Source: a bacterium
GTDB lineage: Bacteria; UBA8248; JACPRG01; G963555815
NCBI GenBank assembly: GCA_963555815.3
Contig: CAUVWX020000001.1
Location: 1,088,001 to 1,152,000, forward strand
DNA length: 64,000 nt
Reading direction: 5' to 3'
Of this stretch, positions 1 to 9,698 are shown piece by piece. A program made the position numbers and the translations under genes. Every line of letters starts with the position of its first letter. The stretch's first letter is position 1. Under the pieces are notes generated by a model that was given only the letters and a program-made list of their open reading frames with translations, was not told where the DNA came from and ran no database searches.

Positions 1-1100
1 GTGGGTGGGATGACCCCATGGAAGAGGGCCAAGATGGTGAAGACGTTCTCCACCCCTCCCGCACCCCCAAGGAGGTGCCCCGTCATAGACTTTGTGGAGC
101 TGACGGCCAGTTTGTGAGCGTGAGGGCCGAAGACTTTCTTGATGGCCCTCGTCTCGTTGATGTCCCCCTGGGGGGTCGCCGTCCCGTGTGCGTTGATGTA
201 GCCGACGTCCTCTTGAGGGATCTGGGCATCCTTCAAGGCGTAGGTCATGCACCGCGTCGGCCCGCTCCCGTTGGGGTCCGGTTGCGTCATGTGGTGGGCG
301 TCGCTGGACATCCCGTATCCCAAGACCTCGGCGTAGATGCGGGCCCCCCGCCGTCGGGCCGCCTCCCGCTCCTCCAGGATCACAACTCCAGCCCCCTCTC
401 CCACGACGAAGCCGTTTCGAGAACGGTCGAAGGGGCGGCTGGCTTTCTGCGCAGGCTCGTTGTGCGTGGAGAGGGCCCGCATGGCTGAGAAGCCGCCGAC
501 GCAGAGAGCGCTGATGACCGCCTCAGTGCTCCCGGCAATGATGATCTCGGCGTCCCCACGCTGCAAGATGCGAAAGGCATCTCCAACGGCGTGGGTCCCG
601 GTGGCGCAGGCCGTTGTCGTGCAGCAGTTTGGTCCCTTGGCCCCAAAGTGCATGGAGATCATCCCGGCCGCCATGTTGGCGATGAGCATCGGAATGAAGA
701 AGGGTGAGATCCGGCTGGGCCCTCGCTCCAAAAGGATCGCATGCTGCTTCTCCAGGAGGGGAAGCCCCCCGAGGCCCACGCCGATGACGACGCCGACACG
801 CTCCTCATTGTCCTCATTGATGGTGATTCCGGAGTCCGCCACAGCCTCGCGGGCCGCCACCAGGCCCAATTGGATGAAGCGGTCCATCTTCTTGAGTTCT
901 TTCTTATCGAAGTGATCCTCAGGGTGGAAACCCTTCACCTCTCCTGCGACGCGGGAGGGATACTGGCTGGCATCGAAGTGGGTGATGGGGGCGATCCCCG
1001 AGCGGCCCTCTAGCAGGGAAGACCAGCTCTCGGCCACATTGTTTCCAATGGGGGTGACAAGCCCTACGCCTGTCACGACTACTCGCCGTTCCCCTTTCAT
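1..1100 (-). CDS. fabF: beta-ketoacyl-ACP synthase II (3' end runs off window)
   Basis: Read manually on the minus strand from ATG at 1100: [20 protein letters not shown]; contains TACATG and GEGAG motifs; follows acpP. Confidence 0.95.
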   Translation of the reverse strand, partial: MKGERRVVVTGVGLVTPIGNNVAESWSSLLEGRSGIAPITHFDASQYPSRVAGEVKGFHPEDHFDKKELKKMDRFIQLGLVAAREAVADSGITINEDNEERVGVVIGVGLGGLPLLEKQHAILLERGPSRISPFFIPMLIANMAAGMISMHFGAKGPNCCTTTACATGTHAVGDAFRILQRGDAEIIIAGSTEAVISALCVGGFSAMRALSTHNEPAQKASRPFDRSRNGFVVGEGAGVVILEEREAARRRGARIYAEVLGYGMSSDAHHMTQPDPNGSGPTRCMTYALKDAQIPQEDVGYINAHGTATPQGDINETRAIKKVFGPHAHKLAVSSTKSMTGHLLGGAGGVENVFTILALFHGVIPP

Positions 1101-1148
1101 CTGGCTCTTTCTCCCAACGCGCTCCGGCGCCCCTCGGATCGCGGGCCC

Positions 1149-1388
1149 TTAGGCCCGGCTCTCAATATAGTCCAAGGCGTCCTGAACAGTTTGGATCTTT
1201 TCGGCTTCCTCGTCGGGGATCTCCATCCCAAAGGCTTCTTCGAGGGCCATGACCAACTCCACCGTATCCAATGAGTCCGCTCCTAGGTCGTTGATGAACG
1301 AGGCTTCTGACTTCACTCGATCGGGCTCAACACCCAGTCCTTCCGCGATGATCGTCTTGATCTTCTGGGTTTGCTCTTCTGAGAGCAC
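1149..1388 (-). CDS. acpP: acyl carrier protein
   Basis: [18 protein letters not shown] motif; GTG start at 1388 after AAGGAGG RBS (the track ORF is over-extended). Confidence 0.95.
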   Translation of the reverse strand: MLSEEQTQKIKTIIAEGLGVEPDRVKSEASFINDLGADSLDTVELVMALEEAFGMEIPDEEAEKIQTVQDALDYIESRA

Positions 1389-1447
1389 GCGATCATCCCC
1401 TCCTTTTGCGCAGCCGATCACCACTCGTTGGGGTCCTGGCTGCTGGG

Positions 1448-2188
1448 CTACATATACATCCCACCGTTCACGTGAATCACCTGGCCGGTAATATAACTCA
1501 TGTTCGGGTCCGCCAGAAACCGCACGCAATGGGCCACGTCCTCCGGCCGCCCGAACCGCCCAAGGGGGATCTGGGGGAGGAGATGACTTCGACGCTCTTC
1601 CCCCACTGCTTGGGTCATGTCGGTTTCGATGAAACCGGGCGCCACCGCATTCACCGTGATGCCCCGCGGGGCCAGTTCCCGTGCCATCGATTTGGTGAAA
1701 CCCATCAGGCCCGCCTTGGAGGCGGCATAATTGCCCTGGCCGGGGCTTCCAGCGGCCCCCACCACAGACGTAATGTTCACAATCCGCCCGTAGCGTTGGC
1801 GGACCATGGCGCGGGCGACCATCTGGGTACAATAAAAAGTGCCCTTCAGGTTGGTATCGAGGACGGCGTCCCAGTCCGCTGGCTTCATGCGAAGGAGAAG
1901 CCCGTCCCGGGTGATCCCCGCGTTATTGACTAAGATCTCCAGCCCCCCAAAGGTGTCAAGCACCGTCTTCACACCTGCTTCGACAGTTTCCCGGTCCGTC
2001 ACATCCATGGGAACGGCCAGGGCCTTTCCCCCCGCCTTCTCCAGGGATGAGACGAGGGCCTGGGCATCCCCTGAGGTGAAATAAGTAAATGCGACGGTCG
2101 CGCCGGCCTCAGCCAGGCTTTCGACGACAGCCCGGCCGATCCCCCTCGCTCCTCCCGTCACCATGGCCCTTTGCCCTTGAAGTCCCAC
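1448..2188 (-). CDS. fabG: 3-oxoacyl-ACP reductase
   Basis: [24 protein letters not shown] motifs; fab operon context. Confidence 0.95.
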   Translation of the reverse strand: MGLQGQRAMVTGGARGIGRAVVESLAEAGATVAFTYFTSGDAQALVSSLEKAGGKALAVPMDVTDRETVEAGVKTVLDTFGGLEILVNNAGITRDGLLLRMKPADWDAVLDTNLKGTFYCTQMVARAMVRQRYGRIVNITSVVGAAGSPGQGNYAASKAGLMGFTKSMARELAPRGITVNAVAPGFIETDMTQAVGEERRSHLLPQIPLGRFGRPEDVAHCVRFLADPNMSYITGQVIHVNGGMYM

Positions 2189-2206
2189 TCCAAGTCTTCC
2201 ACGCGT

Positions 2207-3175
2207 CTAGTGTGCCAATGCCGCCGCCGTCTCCTCCAGGGTAGGGAGATCCTCGACGTTGTGGACGTGCACCTCAGGCACAATGCGCCGGGCGAGGCCG
2301 CTCAGGACCTTCCCCGGGCCCACCTCCACAAAAGTTTGACAACCCTCTGCAGCTGCCGTGCGGACCCCCTCTTCCCACCGAACGGGTGAGGTCACTTGGC
2401 GCTTCAGTCGCTCCTTGGCCACATCGGCGTCGGTGTTCACGGTAGCCGTGACATTATCGACGACAGGGCACCGAAGTTCCCGGAAAGAGATCCCGTCCAA
2501 CTCCTGAGCGAGTCGTTCTTCCGCCCCCCGCATTCTGGCGCAGTGGAAAGGGGCGCTGACGGGGAGCAGAACCGCTCGGCGCGCCCCGGCCTTCTTGGCC
2601 GCCGTCATCAGCCGCTCTACCGCCTCCCGGTCTCCGGACACGACGGTCTGGGTGGGGGCGTTGTAGTTGGCCGGCTCTAGAACCTCCTCGCCGCGGACTT
2701 CCTCGCAAAGGGTTTCTACCTGTTCTTTGTCGAGCCCGATGATGGCGGCCATGGCCCCCTTGTTGGGCTCGACCGCCTCGTTCATCAACTGGCCCCGCTT
2801 TCGGACGATCTGAAGGGCGTCGCCGAACCCCATGGCCCCTGCGGCCAGCAGGGCCGAGTATTCTCCCAGGCTGTGGCCCATGACCATACAGGGGGTGAGC
2901 CCGGCCTCCTCCAAGAGGCGAAAGCCGATGTAACTGTGGATGAGAAGTGCCGGCTGGGTGTTGACCGTCAGACGAAGGTCGTCCTCGGGTCCATGGAAAG
3001 ACAAGGAGGCAATGTCGTAGGACAATTCTTGGTTGGCCTGCTCATAGAGGTCGCGGGCCAGGGGGTGTCCTTTATAAAACCCCTGCCCCATGCCGACCTT
3101 CTGGGAACCCTGCCCTGGAAAGAGAAAGGCGACCTTCTCGCTCGTCTTCGTTCTCTCCCTTCCCTCACCAGACAA
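2207..3175 (-). CDS. fabD: malonyl-CoA:ACP transacylase (start codon uncertain)
   Basis: FLFPGQGSQ, GHSLGEY, SAPFH motifs. Confidence 0.95.
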   Translation of the reverse strand: MSGEGRERTKTSEKVAFLFPGQGSQKVGMGQGFYKGHPLARDLYEQANQELSYDIASLSFHGPEDDLRLTVNTQPALLIHSYIGFRLLEEAGLTPCMVMGHSLGEYSALLAAGAMGFGDALQIVRKRGQLMNEAVEPNKGAMAAIIGLDKEQVETLCEEVRGEEVLEPANYNAPTQTVVSGDREAVERLMTAAKKAGARRAVLLPVSAPFHCARMRGAEERLAQELDGISFRELRCPVVDNVTATVNTDADVAKERLKRQVTSPVRWEEGVRTAAAEGCQTFVEVGPGKVLSGLARRIVPEVHVHNVEDLPTLEETAAALAH

Positions 3176-4148
3176 CGGCTGAGGCCCCCCAGGTGAGCCC
3201 CCCGCCGAAGGCAGCCATCAGGATCTTGTCCCCCTCGCGGACTCGTTTCTCTCGCACCGCCTCATCCAGGGCGATGGGAATTGTCGCAGACGAGATATTA
3301 CCATACTTGTGGATCGTGACGTAGATCTTTTCCGACGGGAAAGACATGCGTTTCGCCACGGCATCAATGATACGGATGTTGGCTTGATGGGGAACAAAGA
3401 GGGCGATGTCCTCTGGGCGAAGGGCATTGTGTTCCAAGACCTCCTGGCACACCTCGCCGAAAGCCCGGACGGCGATCTTGAAGGAATCAGGGCCCTGCAT
3501 CTTGATGGTGTGACGGTCCTCATCCACGGTCTGATGAGAGATGGGTGTTGCCCGTGACCCACCCCCCGTCATGACGAGCATGGGACCCCGGCTTCCGTCC
3601 GAGTGGATGTGAGTCGAGAGCACTCCCCGACCGTCCTCGCTGGCGGCCAGGACCACAGCCCCTGCCCCATCCCCCCACAGGATGCAGGTCGAGCGGTCTT
3701 TCCAGTTCACCGTCCGCGACATGACCTCGGCGGCCACAAAGAGGATGTGACGGGCGGAGCCTGAGCGGATGTACTGGTCCGCCACCGAGAGGCCGAAGAT
3801 GAAGCCCGAGCAGGCGGCGTTCAGGTCGAAGGCGACCGCTCGGGTGGCGTTCAGCCGATCTTGAAGCCAGCAGGCTGCCGACGGGCAGTAGGTGTCCGGG
3901 GTGATGGTTGCGACGATGATCATATCGAGGTCACCAGGGGAGACACCGGCCGCCTCCAGGGCTCTTTGGGCGGCGGGCAGGGCAAGATCCGAGGTCGCCA
4001 CGTCAGGGTCGGCGATCCGGCGCTCCAGGATCCCCGTCCGGCTGCGGATCCACTCGTCCGAAGTGTCCACTATCCCCGCCAGATCCTCATTTCGCAAGAC
4101 CCGCTCGGGCAGGTAGGACCCGGTTCCCATGATCCGAGTTCGCTTCAC
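3165..4148 (-). CDS. fabH: beta-ketoacyl-ACP synthase III
   Basis: AACSGF, HQAN, GNISSA, GGGLTW motifs; GTG start overlaps plsX TGA. Confidence 0.95.
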   Translation of the reverse strand: MKRTRIMGTGSYLPERVLRNEDLAGIVDTSDEWIRSRTGILERRIADPDVATSDLALPAAQRALEAAGVSPGDLDMIIVATITPDTYCPSAACWLQDRLNATRAVAFDLNAACSGFIFGLSVADQYIRSGSARHILFVAAEVMSRTVNWKDRSTCILWGDGAGAVVLAASEDGRGVLSTHIHSDGSRGPMLVMTGGGSRATPISHQTVDEDRHTIKMQGPDSFKIAVRAFGEVCQEVLEHNALRPEDIALFVPHQANIRIIDAVAKRMSFPSEKIYVTIHKYGNISSATIPIALDEAVREKRVREGDKILMAAFGGGLTWGASAVVW

Positions 4149-5296
4149 GGTTGCTGGCCTCCGGGAGTGACCCCCTGCGGCGGCTCTTCCTCTGTCTCGG
4201 CCGAATCCCCTCGATGGATGCTCTCCCGGAGCTGCTTCCAAAGCCGGTGCCCCATGTGGGTTTCCAGCTCTACATCGGCGTTCGATTCGATCTCACGCTG
4301 GATCTGGCCAACGAGCCCGTTACGGGAGGCCTCCATCGCCATTCGGATGGCGTTCTGGATGGCCTTGGCGTTGGAGCCCCCATGGGCCTTGATGCAGATG
4401 CCGTTGAGGCCGAGGAGGGGGGCGCCGCCGTAATTTGTGTAATCCATTCGCTGGCGAAGGTCCGTCAAGCCGTCCTGGAGGAGGCGATGGCCAAGGCGAC
4501 CCCTCCAAGACTTGATGCGCTCTGGGAAGAGGACATTCGCGAAGACATCTGTCAGCCCCTCGAGGATCTTCAGGGCCACGTTTCCTGTGAATCCATCGCA
4601 GACAATGACGTCGGCCCTGCCCCGATAGACTTCGGTCCCTTCAACGTTCCCGATGAAGTTGACAGAGCTTCGGGCCAAAAGTTCAAAGGCCGTCTTGGTG
4701 ATCTTGTTCCCCTTTGTATCTTCCGTCCCGACGTTGAGAAGCCCCACGCTGGGGCGCGGGATCTTCAGGAGGGCGTGGGCGTAGGCGGAGCCCATGAGGC
4801 CAAACTGGAAGAGTTGGAGGGGCTTGCAGTCCATATTAGCGCCGATATCGAGGAGAACAGAGTAACCCTTGGTAGTGGGGATGAGGGAAGTGATGGCCGG
4901 GCGATCGATCCCGTGGATCTTGTTGAGGAGAAGGGTGGCCGCCACCAGAAGGGCCCCCGTATTTCCGGCGCTCACTATGGCAGAGGCCTCGCCCGTTTGG
5001 ACCGTCTCGACTGCGATGCGCATGGAGGAATCGCGCTTTTGCTTGACGGCGGCTAAGGGCGTGTCTGACATCTCGATCCGCTGCGATGCGTGGCGGATTC
5101 CAAGGGGCAGATCCTCAGCCTGAAGCCGTTTCAGCTCTCGGCGGATGGCCCCTTCCTCTCCGACGAGAAGGAGGTTCGCCCCGTACTCTCGATGGGCGAC
5201 CACAGCCCCCTCCACGACCACTGCGGGGGCCTTATCCCCTCCCATAGCATCCAGGGTGATCTTCATGATCTGGGTGCCTTCGGTAAGGGCGCTCAT
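4145..5296 (-). CDS. plsX: phosphate acyltransferase PlsX
   Basis: LDAMGGD, SAGNTG, DIGAN, DGFTGN, KAHG motifs. Confidence 0.95.
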   Translation of the reverse strand: MSALTEGTQIMKITLDAMGGDKAPAVVVEGAVVAHREYGANLLLVGEEGAIRRELKRLQAEDLPLGIRHASQRIEMSDTPLAAVKQKRDSSMRIAVETVQTGEASAIVSAGNTGALLVAATLLLNKIHGIDRPAITSLIPTTKGYSVLLDIGANMDCKPLQLFQFGLMGSAYAHALLKIPRPSVGLLNVGTEDTKGNKITKTAFELLARSSVNFIGNVEGTEVYRGRADVIVCDGFTGNVALKILEGLTDVFANVLFPERIKSWRGRLGHRLLQDGLTDLRQRMDYTNYGGAPLLGLNGICIKAHGGSNAKAIQNAIRMAMEASRNGLVGQIQREIESNADVELETHMGHRLWKQLRESIHRGDSAETEEEPPQGVTPGGQQP

Positions 5297-5475
5297 GCCT
5301 TTTTGGGGGCGAGCACCTCACGGCCACGGTAGAAGCCGCAGTGTGGACAGACGCGGTGGGGAAGCTTCACCGTACGGCACTTGGGACAGACGGACATGGC
5401 CGGAGCAGGGATCTTCCAATTGGCCCGTCGCTTGTCTCGGCGGGCTTTTGAAGTTTTACGCTTTGGTAGCGGCAT
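5293..5475 (-). CDS. rpmF: 50S ribosomal protein L32
   Basis: PKRKTSKARRDKRR plus CxxC...PHRVCxxCG. Confidence 0.97.
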   Translation of the reverse strand: MPLPKRKTSKARRDKRRANWKIPAPAMSVCPKCRTVKLPHRVCPHCGFYRGREVLAPKKA

Positions 5476-6022
5476 CTTTCCTCTCGGGGGAGCCCCCCAC
5501 GCCCTTGAGGTGGGCCAGGGCCGCCCATCGGGGATCCCCCTCCTGTGGGGGACACTGACAGAGACCCTTGTTTAGGTCCCTCCCGCACTGGGGGCAAAGG
5601 CCAGCACAATCAGTTCGACAAAGGGGCTGCAGCGGAACCGCCGAGCCCAAATGATCCCGGATTGCTTCTTTGAGGTCAATCTCCCCTGTCTCGTAAGAAT
5701 AGGTGTCGAAATCCTGGGCTTCAAGTTCCAGCTCTTCTTCAGTCGGTGGGGAGACCTTGGCCTGGAAGGTGACAGCGAAACCCACCTCCAAGGAATGGTG
5801 GAACTTTTGAAGACAGCGACCGCATTCCATGATGAGGGTCGCCTGAAGCTTTCCCCGGCACAAGACAGCCGAGTCAAATCGCTGAAGCAGGCAGCTCCCC
5901 TTGACGGGGGAGATCCATGAAGAATCCTCGCCCTCTAGCTCGAGATGGGAGGACTTTTCCCCGAAATTGACTGTCAGGCCCTCTTGCGGAATGTCCTGAA
6001 TCGGAACCCTCAGGCCCTTCAT
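5456..6022 (-). CDS. yceD: YceD/DUF177 family protein
   Basis: ECGRCL, LCRTDCAGLCPQCG, DPRWAAL; canonical position upstream of rpmF. Confidence 0.9.
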   Translation of the reverse strand: MKGLRVPIQDIPQEGLTVNFGEKSSHLELEGEDSSWISPVKGSCLLQRFDSAVLCRGKLQATLIMECGRCLQKFHHSLEVGFAVTFQAKVSPPTEEELELEAQDFDTYSYETGEIDLKEAIRDHLGSAVPLQPLCRTDCAGLCPQCGRDLNKGLCQCPPQEGDPRWAALAHLKGVGGSPERKDAATKA

Positions 6023-6103
6023 TTGGGAATCAAGCCTAGGAAGAGGAAAGGGGGACAACCTCTGCTGGATCCCCTTTCAAACCAGGGGCCCAAGATTGTT
6101 AGT

Positions 6104-6132
6104 ATGCTAGGCTTTCCCCCACTTTTTGTCAA
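6104..6132 (-). promoter_or_regulatory. sigma70-type promoter for the yceD-rpmF-fab operon
   Basis: TTGACA-17 nt-TAGCAT on the minus strand. Confidence 0.6.
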
Positions 6133-6167
6133 GGCCAAAAAAAGATACCTCCACTAAAATCAAATAA

Positions 6168-7115
6168 TTAGGGGGCCAGGAACAGATCCAAGACCAGCGC
6201 TTCCCGAAGCCCCCAGTGACTGACCAGAATGGAGGGGGCCCGGCAGAGGGTCTTGACCGCCCGAAAGATGGCGAGGCCCGGAAGAATCGTGTCCCATCGC
6301 CCTCGCTCCAGAAAGGGCATCTGGCTCCTTTCCTCCCTGCTCGCATGGGCTACCCGTTGATAAGTCGCCTCCAGGGCCTCCTCCGAGACAGAAAGGCCAT
6401 TGATGGCGTCCGCGTCCTGGAGGGAAATCTCGTGCACCATGGCCCCCAGGTTGGCGGCGGTCCCCCCAGTCGCGATGAGAGCCGCAGGCGGGTCCAAAGG
6501 GAGGTGACATCCTTCGAGTGAGCCCCTGAAGACCTCGGTCACATAGTCCTCGAGGGCCGCCCTGTCTTTCGCTGGCTCCCCCAGGGGAAAGCGGCGAAGG
6601 AGGTTTAAAGACCCGATGGGCTCGCTCCTCCACCAGAGCAGTTCCCCGCCTCTTGTCAGCGAGAGCTCTGTGCTTCCTCCTCCCACATCGACTGTCAAGG
6701 CGGAATCGGGCGGGGGGGATAAGGACATCAGGGCTCCACGGGCCGACAGGCGGGCCTCCTCTTCGAGACTGAGAATCCGAAGGGGAAACCCAAGTTCTCG
6801 AGAGATCCTCTCGCTCAGGGCCGACCGGTTGGTGGCGGTTCGCACAGCGCTGGTCCTAGCCACGAGCCTTCGGGTCGCTCCGAGGGTGTCCATCTTCTTT
6901 TCGAAAACCCGAAGCACTTCCAGGGTCTTTTCGATGGCCTCGTCCGAGAGGCCACCCGCAGGCAGAAGGCCCTCTTCGAGGCGGGTCACAACTCGATCGT
7001 CGAAGAGGGTCTCAAAGCGTGCAGGGGCTGCTCTCTTGGAAAAGGGAAGTCTTGCCACCCGGAGCCTGGCCGCATGAGATCCAAGGTCCACGACAGCGGC
7101 CACGACTTCTTTCAC
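6168..7115 (-). CDS. ppx: Ppx/GppA family exopolyphosphatase (short form)
   Basis: VDLGS, TSAVR..N, EEARL, DVGGGSTE, TGGT, GLRE motifs. Confidence 0.88.
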   Translation of the reverse strand: MKEVVAAVVDLGSHAARLRVARLPFSKRAAPARFETLFDDRVVTRLEEGLLPAGGLSDEAIEKTLEVLRVFEKKMDTLGATRRLVARTSAVRTATNRSALSERISRELGFPLRILSLEEEARLSARGALMSLSPPPDSALTVDVGGGSTELSLTRGGELLWWRSEPIGSLNLLRRFPLGEPAKDRAALEDYVTEVFRGSLEGCHLPLDPPAALIATGGTAANLGAMVHEISLQDADAINGLSVSEEALEATYQRVAHASREERSQMPFLERGRWDTILPGLAIFRAVKTLCRAPSILVSHWGLREALVLDLFLAP

Positions 7116-7139
7116 CAGACTCGCCCCTTGGGCAGGTCC

Positions 7140-8126
7140 CTAAAGAATCTTTCCCAGCACCATGGCCACAACCCAGGCGATCAGTCCGCACGCGGGAAAG
7201 GTCAGGACCCAGGCGCCAACAATTCTACCGGCTACCCCCCACCGGACGGCCGAGAGGCGCTGAGACGCCCCGACACCCATAATCGCTGTGTTGATGGTAT
7301 GGGTGGTGCTCAGGGGGATCCCCATGACCGAGGCCACCTGAATAGCTACTGCCGCCCCTGTCTCAGCGGCAAAGCCATGGTGGGGTTCCAGCTTGACCAT
7401 ATTCATCCCGATGGTCTTGATGATGCGCCACCCCCCAACGGCGGTGCCCACACCGATCACCGTGGACAAGAGGACAATAACCTGCCACGTGACCTGGAAC
7501 TCTGAGATCACGCCTCCGAGCAAGAGGGCCAGGGTGAAGACCCCGATGAACTTCTGGCCATCGTTGCTGCCGTGGCCGAAGGCCATAAAGGCCGCCGACA
7601 ACACCTGAAGTTTTCCAAAGGTCTTGCGGACTGAACGAGGACTCGCCCGGCGAAAGAGCCAATAGATGCTGACGATAATGATCCCGCCGCCCCCAAAGCC
7701 GAGGAACGTGGAGAAGACCAGCCCCACGAGAACCTTCTGCCACCCCGCCCAAAGGAGGGCCGAGGGCCCGGCTGCCGCCAGGCCCGCCCCTGTGAGACCA
7801 GCGACGAGAGCGTGGCTCTCGCTTGTGGGCAGCCCGTAACGCCACGCCAAGGTGCTCCAGACGATAATCGCCACCATGGCCGCTGCCACCGTCACGAGGC
7901 TGATCACCTCAGATTTCACGATCCCCGTTCCGATGGTGGCGGCGACCGCCGTCCCGGACATCGCCCCCGCCATATTCAGAACGCCAGCCATGACCACTGC
8001 TTTTCCGGGGCTGAGCACCCGCGTAGAGACCACCGTGGCGATGGCGTTTGGGGCGTCGGTCCAACCGTTGACGAACTCAGCCCATAACACCAGGATCAGT
8101 ACGAGAACGAGCGCTGCCGAGAACAT
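7140..8126 (-). CDS. pit: inorganic phosphate transporter, PiT family
   Basis: NGWTDAPNAIAT, GLPTSESHA, HGSNDGQK, PLSTTH signature repeats. Confidence 0.93.
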   Translation of the reverse strand: MFSAALVLVLILVLWAEFVNGWTDAPNAIATVVSTRVLSPGKAVVMAGVLNMAGAMSGTAVAATIGTGIVKSEVISLVTVAAAMVAIIVWSTLAWRYGLPTSESHALVAGLTGAGLAAAGPSALLWAGWQKVLVGLVFSTFLGFGGGGIIIVSIYWLFRRASPRSVRKTFGKLQVLSAAFMAFGHGSNDGQKFIGVFTLALLLGGVISEFQVTWQVIVLLSTVIGVGTAVGGWRIIKTIGMNMVKLEPHHGFAAETGAAVAIQVASVMGIPLSTTHTINTAIMGVGASQRLSAVRWGVAGRIVGAWVLTFPACGLIAWVVAMVLGKIL

Positions 8127-8381
8127 ACTGTTTCCCCACCTTATCGATTAGAGCGAATTCCTTTAAAAGAACCTTCCGGAAATCTCCCTCAAAATCCCAT
8201 TTTTTGAGCCCCCCGCTCATTTTTGGCGCGATTTTTGCTTACCCAAACCGATAGGTCATCCACTTGATCTATGAGTGAGACAGGCTCACTGAAATTCCCG
8301 CTCCTTCCCCAAACGGGGACTGGGCTTTTAAGGGGGCTGGAAGTTTCCCCCGCTTCCTAGGCTTTTTCCAGGGAGGAGACA

Positions 8382-8939
8382 ATGCTCAAGACTCTTTTCC
8401 GTTTGAGCTCGCCTGTCCTGCTCGTCATGCTCTCGATCTTCAGGGCGGACGCCGAGACCCTGAAGGTTCGGGCCTCCCGCTTCATCGACGGGGACACCTT
8501 TGGGCTTTCAGTTCGGCTCATCGGGGTCGACACGCCCGAAACTCGATTCCCTGGGAAGCCCCCCGAACCCTTCGGCAAGGAGGCGTCCCGCTTCCTTCGG
8601 AAGCTCCTGGCTGGAACGACCCTCCGCCTCGAATTCGACCAGGATGCTGTCGACAGATATGGACGCCTCCTGGCTTATGTCTTCCTCCCCGATGAGACTT
8701 TTTTGAACGCGCTTTTGGTTTGTGAAGGGTATGCTCGTGCCTCTACCCATCCCCCCAATATTAAGTATGCCGATCTCTTTCGTCAACTTGAAAGGGAAGC
8801 CCGGGAGGCCCAAAGGGGGCTTTGGGGAATCCTGGACCCTCAGCCGGGCGATGGGCAAGAGACGAGACCGAATTCCGTCCTTGCTCACGAAGGAAACCTG
8901 TATGGATCTGAGGGGTGCAGAGAGAGGACTCGAAGATGA
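8382..8939 (+). CDS. secreted thermonuclease (SNase) family protein
   Basis: Signal peptide; IDGDT, VRLIGVDTPE, DRYGRLLAYV, GLW motifs. Confidence 0.9.
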   Translation: MLKTLFRLSSPVLLVMLSIFRADAETLKVRASRFIDGDTFGLSVRLIGVDTPETRFPGKPPEPFGKEASRFLRKLLAGTTLRLEFDQDAVDRYGRLLAYVFLPDETFLNALLVCEGYARASTHPPNIKYADLFRQLEREAREAQRGLWGILDPQPGDGQETRPNSVLAHEGNLYGSEGCRERTRR

Positions 8940-9698
8940 GATAATTCGAAAGCCAGAAGATCGTTTATCGTTAGAAGAGCGCAACGGGCGTTACATATCT
9001 ACTAAAAGAGAGAGCCCGGGCACCTTTTCATCACTACGGTGTCCGTACAAGACCGAGCCCATAACCGACTCACACCGCGGGATCCTTGCCCCGTTCCTGA
9101 TGCTGGCCTCCTCATTCTCGTCCTGATCTCTTTCTCGGGCAAAGCTTCCCTTGGCGAAGGAGCCTCGTAGGGATTCAGCCCTTTGAAACCCTTTCACCTC
9201 CCCCCTTGGCCTCGTAACCGGGGAACTGGATGTCTTGGGCTTCCCCTGCCATTTTCAGTAAACCACTGACCTTCCAAGATCCCCTCGAAGTACCCAGACT
9301 CGCAAAGAACTTTACGAAAAGGCCTTGAAGACTGTCAAGGGAAAAATACAATAGGTGGTGGATTATTTATGATTGCCTACCAAATGTATGAGGTTGAGCG
9401 CTTTGCGCGTTTGAGCAAAAATTAGACGAAAGTCATTAGAGGCCCCCCCCCTGAGTTAGGGGGCAGCTGAAACTCCCTCTCCAAAAAAAGCCCGCTCACA
9501 TTGACCACCCGCAGGCCGCGACGTGATGTCCTTGCGGTCTTGACGCAGCGCCTTCCTCCAGAGCACACTGGTGCCCTTTGTGAGAGCTGGGCGATTGCCT
9601 TGGAAAGCCACAGGGACACACAGAAAGCGCGACGGGGTTCGGTTTCCCCGTGATTGCTGTCCCCAACGAGGTCCTTTGAGACTGGAAGGAGAGTCTGG

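Noticed and set aside
8991..9197. 68-aa minus-strand ORF
   Set aside because: It has an RBS-like sequence but no recognisable motif, so it cannot be supported.
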